DNA of 64,000 nucleotides, from NCBI GenBank assembly GCA_965112155.1, contig OZ218098.1. One strand, written 5' to 3'. This DNA is from Podarcis liolepis. Lineage: Eukaryota. Under the pieces are notes generated by a model, which did not search any database, was not told where the DNA came from, and worked only from the letters and a program-made list of their open reading frames with translations. Made by a program: the position numbers and the translations under genes. Shown here in pieces: positions 50,107-61,153 of this stretch (the first letter of the stretch is position 1; each line of letters opens with the position of its first letter).

Positions 50107-53100
50107 ACATGTTGTAAACTACATGAGCTTTTATATCACAGGATGCTGACAGTGGAAAATTTGCTTTTAATACAGCCCTGCATGTTTTGTGACTCTTGAG
50201 TGGAATACATCCCACCGATTGTAGATTGTGGCCAACCATGTGCTTGAACAACTCCAGTCCAAACAAGCTAGCAGAACTAGGAGGCTTATTCAATTACCAT
50301 GTATGGCTGATAGATCTTATTCAGCCTAGTGGGTGGTGAGTTTTGCCAACTAGTAATGACATACCGTATCACAAAATGTGCAAGTACTCCTAGCATTTTG
50401 TGCTCTCTTTTAGAAAAGATCCTTTAAATTGGAAGCCTTTCCTTTTTTCCTTCCTACCTATTAGGTCAAGTTGACTCAGTTAAGTGACAAGTCCAGCTCT
50501 TGTCCATGACCAGCCATCTATCACTCCTCTATTCCTGTACTGAGAATTTTTTAAAGCAGCATTATCTATGAATGCGAAAAAGCGCATAAGAATGCATTGC
50601 TGAGTTTAATGCCACAAACTCACAAAGCATGGCCAAGAAGATTGCTATTGTGATGTCACACCCATGATATATTATACTGTGGTGGCAACAAATGGTTCAA
50701 AGTAATGAAGCATCATTTTAATACATCACCAGCCAAATGTAGAATAATGATGTAGCTCATTGATAGCCCATCAGATCATCATCATTCAGGAGATGTATCA
50801 TAGTTAATACATTATGATAATGATCTGCCCTAATGAAGCCCTGTATTTTTTTTAATGCCAGCAGGAAGTAATCTATTCAACCAGTGTAATAAGTGTGTAC
50901 TTATGCTGCTATTATACATAACATATAAAGAAAAGGAAACTGAATATGTTAAAGACATGCCCCAGGGGCTTCCGTTACATCACTTCATTGGGATTCCATA
51001 AGGTGTGTAAGTGTCTTAAATGAATTCAGTTTTGCAGCTTTAATGTGCATTTTTCAAAAGGAAATGTACCAAAATATGTAGCTTTGATTCCCATTCACAG
51101 AGGTTTACATTACGATAAATGTAGCATACATGCATTCAAACACTCACAAGCCTTCCTTCTCAGCATGGTGTAACTATAAAAGCAAACCTTTTTTAAAGAA
51201 AAACCATACACATTTTAAAAATGATTGATAATATAGCACTTACTATGCTATCACACCTCTCAGTATCTAAGAGCATCTCTTCACACATGCCTGGGTTGTC
51301 AATCTGCAAAACTCTTCACCTTCATTTTCCACTTCTCACTCCATAAGAATGTGCAAGGCAGATGTACTGCATAGACACAAGATGCAGAAGGCAGCTACTC
51401 GGGCATAGGGTTGAAATTTTCTTCAGAACTGTTGAGCCATTTCCCCTCTCTCCATTTGCCTGTATATTAGTTTCCCAGAGGAAAGCTGTGGCTTTGTGAT
51501 TCAATGGCACAAAGTAATGATTCTCCTGTAGAGGACAATCAAAATCTATCTAGTTTTGGGGCATCTGCCTTGATTGCCATCAAAAGGGAATAAGGTGCTC
51601 ACACTGATGGACTTTTGCTCTACTACTTAGAAGTTTAACAAGGCCTAACATGCAGCTCTCTTAAATGGGATGGGAAAAGAAATAGAAAAAGATCAGAGAG
51701 TCTACTTCTAAAATAACAATGGAATGACTATATTTTATGTTCAGATCTTAAAATCCACCAGCAGAATAGGTTGAAAGCTATATTCTATTTCCAGTTTTAT
51801 GTCCAAAATACATTTAATTCCATACAATTTTTCAAATTGCTTCTTTGTTTACCTGTGATTCAGTTTCCATAATAAATAAATCCACTCATAATAATTCAAA
51901 AGCATAAAATCTGGTTTGAATACTCACACAGTTGTTGAGTGATATGGATGACTAGTCTGAAAGACGCTAGGGCAAACAGAAGCAATCAAGATGCTCAGCT
52001 GTTAAATTAGCCTCTCAAACCCCACTCTTTCTTTGCTACTTCTTTCACAACTGCCCAGTAAGCCAATGGTCATCATGGTACCAAGAGATCAAGAAGGGCT
52101 TGGTTCCTTTTAGAGGAGCAAGAAGAATTTGACTTAAAGGCTAGCTCTTAATGCATTATTCCAAAAAAGGGTACCAAAGGCAAAGAGAAGATGGTTCAAG
52201 AACAAGGTAGGAGGGACACATTAGGTAGCAGAGCTCTCTAAAACCCTTCAGATTTTTCCTATCTGTGAAAAGAAATGCAGATGAACTGCTCAGAATGCCA
52301 AAGGTCAACATAAAAAGTCAGTTTAAGTTCTGATGAATTCCAGAAGGAAAGACATTCCAAGGTAACCAAATGAGGAGATAAAGGCAAGAAAGGGGCATGA
52401 CACTTTACTCCATATATGACCTTGCAAAGTAATACAAGAGCTTTCCATTGATATGATTGACAGCCATCCATAATTACGATTCTTTTTTTGTGATGGTGGG
52501 GAGACCCATGCATCCACAAAAGTTGGGAATGTTTCACGGATTGACTCCCCCCCCCTTTGGGAACTGAAAATTTTTGTAGCATTAATAATCAACAGTATCA
52601 TATTGCACCATTCATTTTATATAACTGCATTCATAGTTAGGCCTTTAAAGGAGGTTAGGGTGAAAGATGGTGACTTCTCCAAGGCAACCCATTATGATTT
52701 ATGACTGTGACAATATTTGAATCTGAATTTATACCAAAACCCTACCCATCACTGTCTTCTCTCCCCATGACACTCAGACACATATCACCCAGACACATAT
52801 ATGTCCTAAATAAAGCAACTATTGATGATTTGTGAATTATTAATATATATGTCACAATCAAGCCAAAGTTAAATACTTTTAAATACCATTGATTTAAATT
52901 ACAGTTAACCATGTGCTTACATGTCTCCATTGTAAAGATGCAACAAAAAATAAATATGCATAATTTTGCTTATTGTGTATTTCTAACACAAATTAAAAGA
53001 ATGCCTATTCATTTAAAATCCTAGGTTACTGGAGAGCAAACACTGTATTTAACATCCTGATCCATTAAAATGTCTACCAAAGCCTCTTCGCTGGCTTTGA

Positions 53101-53194
53101 GAGGATGGTCAATCATTGCTCTGATATAATTGTGTCTTGCTGTTTCCTGTTTTTCTCACTCTAAGCAAAAAGACTGTTATTCCAAATCTCAGTG

Positions 53195-53410
53195 ATTTTA
53201 TCTCACTTTTTCTCCAAGGAGCTCTAGGTGGTATACATGGTTCTCCCCCTTTGCATTTAATCCCCACAACAACCGTGTGTTGTAGCTTAGGTTGAGAGGC
53301 AGTAGCTGGCCCAGGGTCACCCAGTGAGCTTCATGGTCAAGTGGGAATGTGAATCCTGGTCTTCCAGGTCTTAGTCTGACAATCTAACCACTTCACAACA
53401 CTGGCTGTCC
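53195..53410 (-). mobile_element. MIR-like squamate SINE with L2-type tail
   Basis: The minus strand starts with box A-like CAGTGTTGTGAAGTGGTTAGA and box B-like GATTCACATTCC. The body contains the plus-strand CCCCACAACAACC..GGTCACCCAGTGAGCTTCATGG. Confidence 0.75.
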
Positions 53411-54189
53411 AGTTTCCCATGGATTACCTGCATTTCTTCTTTGATCCTCAGAAATGCAGCATTTGACCTTAGCAACCCTATGGGAACCTGTTTGCTTTGC
53501 CCCCTGAAAGATCTGGCACACCGTATTGGAGGAAGAAGTTGTAATTATTAAACAGAACAATAGGATCTGCAACTTCAACCAAAGAATTAAGTATAGGCAA
53601 GCAGACTCTATCACATTGTTGACTCCTCAGCCAAGGAGTAGGAGAAGATTCTGCCTCCTTGCTAAGTGAGCCTTGGGTAAGTGAAGTCCAACCTGCACAC
53701 CACTAAGGTGTTCGAGCCAGACCGTAAGTGCACCCCAAAGTACTCCTGAAGCCTCACGCTATGGGTGGAAACCCCAAGGTGCCCCTTAACCCACTAATGC
53801 TTCAGAGTGGCAGTGCCATAAGATTTTGCCTTCTTTTACTTGCCCACACTGAACTTCAGATAGCCAGTTGACCCAAAAGAGCACAGGTGTGCCTTACAGT
53901 ATAACGTAGATGAAAATGCAATCCCAACCAGGGGCTCCACCAAGCTTCCTTCTCAGCCCATAAAAGGTGACTAGTCAAAACCCACACTGTAAAGTTGAGG
54001 AGGGAGGGCATTGCTGCTGCAATAGGAGGGAGAAGAGGGGGTGGTGCAGTCCTAAATGCAGTTCTGAATTACACATTCTTTTGGGGTTCTTCTTCTCCTG
54101 AGAGATCAAGTCTCTTTCAAGGAGAGAGGGGGTGGGACAACAATGTCCTAACATGATCTGTCTAGACCGGTTATAAACTATTACCTGAA

Positions 54190-54288
54190 GTCTCTCTCCT
54201 TTTTCCCTCCTCCTCCTCCTCCTTTCCTCTTTGGTTCCCCTTTATCCTCACCTCACTCCTCCTCCTCCATTTCTTCCTCTCCTTACCT
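54190..54288. repeat. Pyrimidine-rich (CCT)-like low-complexity tract
   Basis: About 100 nt almost entirely C/T. Confidence 0.85.
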
Positions 54289-55319
54289 AGAACCAAAATC
54301 TGTGGGTATACTTCTAGAAAATACAAAAAGAATCAGAATGCTATTTAAACATATTAAGATGCAAACATAATTGCACATCTCTTTATACTCCACTATTTCT
54401 TAGTGTTTGGTCAAATGTTTCTGATGTATTTACTCAGCATTAAACTTAACTATAGCCATGAACACCAGCGATTTAATGGATGTTACACCATGTACTCCTG
54501 GAATTTCACAGTGATTGAACTGATACATTCCTGTGCTTAAAAAGCATCATCCGTTAGCTTTGTGAGTCAGAAGAAGCCCTACTCACAAATTTCATCCACT
54601 GACTAATATTGTGCAGATATATCCTTTGATGTAGAAGATATGAAAGGTTCAAACTTACTTTACTATTATTAACAGGTTTGCTAATTTATCCAAGAATAGT
54701 ACAGAAATTAAGCTTTGAAAAGTTGGGAATAATTTTGAAATGATTAACCATTATAGGCATACATAGCCATAAAAATAATGTATGCTGATGGATTATGTTA
54801 ATGGATTGCATTTTTGTTTAACTCTTCTTGGCAGAAGTGGAGTAACATATTTTACCTCTCTCCAGTTGGTTTTCTATGTAATCAACTGGTTTCAATCACA
54901 AACCCCTGGTTACATTTCAACTAGTTGCAATATTACTGGGAGGTAGAAGTGCGACATGCCGTGAAGGTGCTAATTCTCTTTCCCTTGCCAAATGGTTTCC
55001 CCTAGGTATCACATGATTGATTAAATAAACTGTACCCAAGCACATATATGTTCTTCCAGACTCTACTGGGGTTGTGAGCAACAGGCACACATCATGTCCC
55101 ACTACTTGCACATACGATGCCTGTTTGCATGAATTAGGGTTGTAACATCCTGAAACTCTCCCAGTCTTTTCTTATCATACTATTTAACCAAGTTTTACCT
55201 CTAGCTCCCATGTGCACTGACCAAGACACTGATTGTGCATCTTCCACTGCCTACTGTATACTCTAGAACAAGGATAGCTGACCTGATACTCCCCAAACAC
55301 TGTAGAACTGTAATGTACC

Positions 55320-55411
55320 TTAGTCCCATGCCTCACCACCATGGCCAGCAATCAGGTATGATGGGACTTGTAGTCCTGCAACATCTGGAGGGCACCATGT
55401 TGCCTACCCTG
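55320..55411. mobile_element. Right half of a short hAT MITE
   Basis: ATGATGGGACTTGTAGTCCTGCAACATCTGGAGGGCACCATGTTGCCTACCCTG is homologous to the right arm of 59600-59735. Confidence 0.75.
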
Positions 55412-55694
55412 CTTCAGCTGAGTTAACTTCAGCTGAGTTAACTTTTTAACTCAGCTGAAGCAGGGTAGGCAACATTAAAGCAATGCCCGAAGAGGGCCAT
55501 AGAATACCAGCATAATGAAGTGATTCCACATTACCAGTATATTTATCTAGACACAGCAGTTTAAGAGATGCATAAAATAAATATGTTTTGCTGAACAGAG
55601 GTAGCCTGCACAGTAAGGCAAAGAACTGTAGTGATGCATCTTTCCACTAGAGATGCTGTGATATATTTAGTATAACAAAACAATGACTTAAAAA

Positions 55695-55785
55695 ATGTCA
55701 TGGATGCTCTAGCTTGGAATTCCTACACTAAGGAGGTGTTGGATTAGTAGATAGCCCATAGCCCCCTCCAGTTCTATGGTTTTAT
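55695..55785 (+). mobile_element. Decayed CR1 3' terminus
   Basis: GGAATTCCTACAC..GTTGGATTAG..CCCCTCCAGTTCTATGGTTTTA resembles the CR1 terminal hairpin and TTCTATGA tail. Confidence 0.5.
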
Positions 55786-55995
55786 TTGACCAGAAAGAAT
55801 TGGGGGTTGGAGGAGAGGTAATACTATCTTCATGTCTTGGCAGAAAAGGAAGATGGTACATGGTGACTTCCTTGGGAAGTGACTTCCTTGGGACTTCCTC
55901 CTAGCTCCTTTCATTGTGTCCGGATGTTAGGGAATTATTTTCAGTGGGCCAAATACTAACGAACTGAAGAAACAGTGGCAGTATTTATACCTGAC

Positions 55996-56001
<6 letters not shown>

Positions 56002-56038
<37 letters not shown>
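56002..56038. repeat. (AG)18 microsatellite
   Basis: Perfect run. Confidence 0.97.
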
Positions 56039-56040
<2 letters not shown>

Positions 56041-59000
56041 AGCAAGTAGATTAAAAATATGCTATTCACTAAACAAAACATGAGGGAAATTGCTGTAAAA
56101 ACTGCCCCTGACAGAAATAGAAGTGTATTTCCATAGTCCAGGATTCTACCTTCAAGTAGTTTCAAGGCTGACTACTGAGCTGCACAAACTAGAACTGCAA
56201 GATCTCCAACACTGAAGGTCAAATTTGCTTCTATTATTTCTAAGGCACCTGCTCTTGATGAGACATGCAGTGCTATCTAATTGCAAGTTGTCAACAAGAT
56301 AGCAATGTACCACAAGTTTATCAAACACAGCAAGCTACCATACTTGCATCTGGTGAATGCTATGCTGAAAAGTGGAATATATTTCTGAAAAATCTATTGA
56401 GACTTATGGCCTCTGTAATACACAGGGCAGTTTGTAATTGCTGAATTTCATAAATATATATTCAGTATATAAAGAATAGGTTTTGATGCATTTTGGACAT
56501 GTACATAATCATTGTGATTATGCCTTTCATGGTAGCTATATTGATACAAATTCTACCTGGTTGTAGCAGAGGGAGAGATGGGAAATGAGGCCCACTCAAT
56601 TAGCTCTCCTGAGAGTGTGGATCCAACCAGGTGCTTCCCTCCATCAATTGTTATCTCGTAGCAGCCCTCTGGCTTGGCTGCAGCTGAGAGATGGGGTGGC
56701 AAACTACTCCTTTATGTGATGAGAGAATAGGTCCATTTGGTTCCTCTTCTCTGTGTTTTGATTCAAGCTGGTCATTATAAGAACTTCATAACATTAAGAA
56801 GTATCATCTGCATCTGCCTATTTTCCTCCACTGTTCCTATCCTTTTTATGTTGTGTCTTTTACATTACACGCCTCCTGACAGGGTTGACTTGTTCATTAC
56901 TGCTCTCAGTTGTTCTGGGCACTTTTTAAGCTGAAGAGAGGTGTAAAATGCTGTATATACGTAAGACATTATTGGTACCTACCCTTGAATGTGTTCTGCC
57001 TGTAAGTGGAACAATGGCCCCCTACACTCTCAGAGGGGATGATTAGGGGCTGCCAGACATAAATGATCCATATACAACTGTTCTGATTTGGGATTCAAAC
57101 CTTCAACAGATGCTATATCACATTCTACTCACATCCCTTAATATCAGGAGCCATCATGGCATTCTGTGATCTCTTCGTCCCATTTTAACATTTATACTGT
57201 CTAGGAAAGCTTTAGGCTGTCATGAATTGAATGTTGCCTATAAGAGGCTCTTTAACATTCCTGAACAGTAGCAGAGTTTCTGTATGTAATTTATTTTGAT
57301 AATTTTATCCTATATCCCTTTTCAGCAAGTGTCCATATCACATGGTGAATGTTTCTTATTTCTCAGCAATACAGATATATAGAGCAGATACTGAAGCTTC
57401 AGAGATACATTTATTTTTGAACAGTTGATCTGGGAATAGTGTCATTGAGCCAGAGCAAGTGCCAGTTAATCTGGGGTCTCAGAAAGGTTCTCCTCTATTG
57501 ACACAACAGTGTGAGCAGAACAAGCATGTCAAAATATGTGACCAGTGTAGCAGAAAAGTCATCATGAAACAGTAGCCTTATTTAGCACATCTCTATTCTG
57601 CTATACTATATGAGGGCGGAAATCCTTGTCATTTTGAATGATAGTTTTGAAAACACCCATCTGTTTTAATTGACAGTGGAGACAAACAAGGACAATGTCA
57701 ACATCTAGTTGAAATTACTAACTTTACATGTTGCCTAGTACGTAAAATTGAGCTTATGCCTTATGTCAAGTGAGACACTGGTCCATCTAACTCAGTATGG
57801 TCCACATGGACCAGCAACAGCACTTTGGGGTTTTAAACACAGCCCTTTCTCAGTATTTCTGGAGATGTCAGGGACTGAAACTGGGAGCTTTTGCATGCAC
57901 ACCATGTGATCTGTCAGTGAGCTATATTGCTTCTTCAATTAAGACTGAATGTTAAATTAAATTAAAAGCAAAATAGCAAAGAAACTCTGAAGTGCTGTTG
58001 CCAGTCAACATGGACAATACTGAGGTAGAGAGAAGAGTGGTTTCACTAGGCATAAGGCAGCTTCCTATGTTCATAGTTCAGAACACAAATGGGAACAACC
58101 AGCTATCTGACAAGAGCTACATGATCTGGATTTGATTGTAGCGAAAGTGCCTTAGACTAAGTCAACCTGTTGGTCCTCCTAGCTCCTACACTGGTAGAAT
58201 TTTTAGGGTTTAAGGTGGATTTTCTAGGCCCCCCCTCCCCATATATGCTAAGGATTGAACCAGAAGAACATATGCCACTGCTTCTGTATTCAGATCTTTA
58301 GCTATTTCATAATCTTCTAAGCCTTAATTTCATCTGCCATTAAATAGCATTTTGATTTTGTCTTCTGACGAGTTCTTATATTCTTGAATCCATGGAACAA
58401 GCCTTTGTGCAGAATATCTAATTTTCTTTCCAATAGTCTTTAGGGCTTCTTTTCCTCTGACTTTCATAATGATAACAGACACAGAAATAACACAGTTGTT
58501 CTATTTTCCTAGGAACATAGAGCCTACAATTAAAGCCGATAGTCTGCAAAGAATTCTTAGATGTTGTGCCATGCTAAATAGGATTGAAAATAAAATGTGG
58601 CATTTCTGTGTCATTTAGGAGTTGATTAAAGAAGTCGGAGCTATGTCTACAGTTGGGAAATCTGAAGGGCAAATTTCAAAACCATCATCAGGAGGATAAA
58701 CTAGACCTGCATAATTTAATACATGGCAGAACCTTCACTCTTGCCCAGCTCAGCTGTGAGAATGCACATCATTTTGGGTGAAATATTTGGCATAAAAATG
58801 ACCCAAGATAATAATAAAACAAGGCCTTCTGTAGATACAGTATAATGACCTCCTTGACCCATACCATAATATGCACCCAGGACACTTCCATTGCAGCTGT
58901 AACTTCTCCTGGCACATTAAATACAACTAAGAGAGTCCCCCATAGTTTCAGGGACGGTTTTGGAATGTTCAGACACATACAGTATTAAAAGGTGACATTG

Positions 59001-59599
59001 GTGCATCACTTTAGATGCCATCCTATTGGTATACAAAGCAACATGGAGAGAAAAATGATAAACAGGTGGTGGAAAGTCAGTGGCCAGCACTGCATTCATT
59101 TATGTATAATAAATTTAAGTCAACTTGTTTATACAGTGCATTTCCTCCAAATAAACTATGTGTTCAAAGCAGTTCACAAAAATAAGCAGTCTGCTGTACA
59201 GTAAATGCCAATGTGCCTACATGTTCCAGGGCGGGATAAAACATAACAAAGCAAAGGATATAAACACCTGGCCTTTTCAGCAACCTACCTAAGACTTACC
59301 AAGGGTATGCAAAAAGTGTATGTGTGGCATTACATCTTTCATTTTTGTTGTTGAAAAACATAATTCTTACCTTTAAAAAACACACATTTGTGTCAAATTT
59401 TATTTAGATAGTATTTGTTAGGTTAACCATATTTGTTTTTTCCACTTTCAATTCTTTCTTTAACACCCCATCACCTACCAAACTGCTATCTTGCCAGTAT
59501 TAACCAAATTCATACAGCATGATGTTGGCCACAGAGACCTCCGTGTTGGCCAAAATTGTATTCTGATAATATAATCATATTTACCCAATGCTGCTAGAG

Positions 59600-59735
59600 C
59601 AGTGGTGGCAAACCTTGGCACTCCAGATGTTTTGGAACTACAACTCCCATCATCCCTAGCTAACAGGACCAGTGGTCAGAGATGATGGGAGTTGTAGTTC
59701 CAAAACATCTGGAGTGCCAAGGTTCACCACCACTG
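59600..59735. mobile_element. 136-bp palindromic hAT MITE
   Basis: TIRs CAGTGGTGG...CCACCACTG, a 44-bp perfectly complementary pair of arms, and an 8-bp TSD TGCTAGAG / TGCCAGAG (7/8). Confidence 0.92.
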
Positions 59736-61042
59736 TGCCAGAGGGATGGTAGCTGGAGTATGTGCATTGTTGCATTGACAATGGTGTGCGTACTCTTCAT
59801 GTGCACTTTTATAGCCATTTGATTGTAGCCACTGTCTTCCAAATATTTGGTGGTGCTTAAATAATCTCAAAACAACCTGGAATATCAACTTGTGCTCCAT
59901 CCATTTCACCTGTAACCATCTAACACAGTTCTATTTTAATATATGTCAAAACTGATTAAATCAATTCAGCAAGTTGATTTAGTTAGCAGAACAATACTGC
60001 TTAGAGGATCTATTATCTACCGAAGATGGCAATATGTTTTCTGGATATTAAAGCCCAATAATGTTAAAGCTTCACTAAACATAGACTTACCAAATATATG
60101 TAATTATTGTAAAGACAGAATGTTAATTAAAAGCCTCTCTGGTCTGCTCTGAAGACCAAATGTGAAATAGATAATTAAAGCATGCAATGATGAGAATAAA
60201 TGTAGATTTTATTTCAGTGGAGCCTTCAAGCCACTTAAGACATCTGGAACAATTTTCATAAGTCTTTTGCATTTGTCAAGGAACTGTGTGAGGAATTTTC
60301 AGAAACATTACAGAGATCTATAACACACACTGTAGGGAATGCTTTTACATTAAAATGAATGCATTTAAAAATTCTAGCAGTCATTAAAATAAGTATCCTT
60401 CCTTTTTCATATTTCTATGCTCAGTGTAATGACATGTACATTTAATGATACCAGCTTCGCAAAAGATCTGTTGATGGGATGGGTACTCATATTTTGCAAG
60501 AAAGATCTGCTGCATTTAAAGCCTTTCATTTTCATATTAACATTGATGAAAAGCACAATTAAATCAAAATATATTTTACATGACAGATTTCCTGTGAATT
60601 TATAATCCTAACTGATGGCAATGTTTTTATACAACTGCAAGGTATCCTATTGGTTGGTAGTGGGGAGTGCAAATTGCATGAATCTTTTGCAATGAGAAGT
60701 ATATGAGCAGCATAGATTTGGTCACCTTAGGGACACCTTTCTTTCTGAAGTGGGTGACAAAATGTGAAGCTTTCCATATATACATGGGATTAATGTAACA
60801 GTGCATAAATGCAGCAGATGAAGAAGCCAGAATTATTAGAATAGTAGTCTCCTAATAACTCCCAGCACCCTTAATAAACTACAGCTCCCAGGATTCTTTG
60901 AGAGAAGGCTTAACTGATTAAGAAGACATGGCTCTTTAAAACAGTGTAATGCTGCTTTAAATGCTGCTTTAAAACAGTGTAATGCCCTCAGAGGGAAGGA
61001 GGATAAGGTAAAACCAGAATTAGATGGCTCTAACTGTCATTA

Positions 61043-61153
61043 GAAGCTACCAACATGAGTTTGACCAAACTGCGGGAGGCAGTGGAAGACAGGAGTGCCT
61101 GGCGTGCTTTGGCTCATGGGGTCACGAAGAGTCGGACACAACTAAACAACAAC
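61043..61153 (+). mobile_element. Severely 5'-truncated BovB LINE 3' end
   Basis: Encodes MSLTKLREAVEDRSAWRALAHGVTKSRT and ends in a (CAA)n tail. A 10-bp TSD AACTGTCATT lies at 61032-61041 and 61154-61163. Confidence 0.93.
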
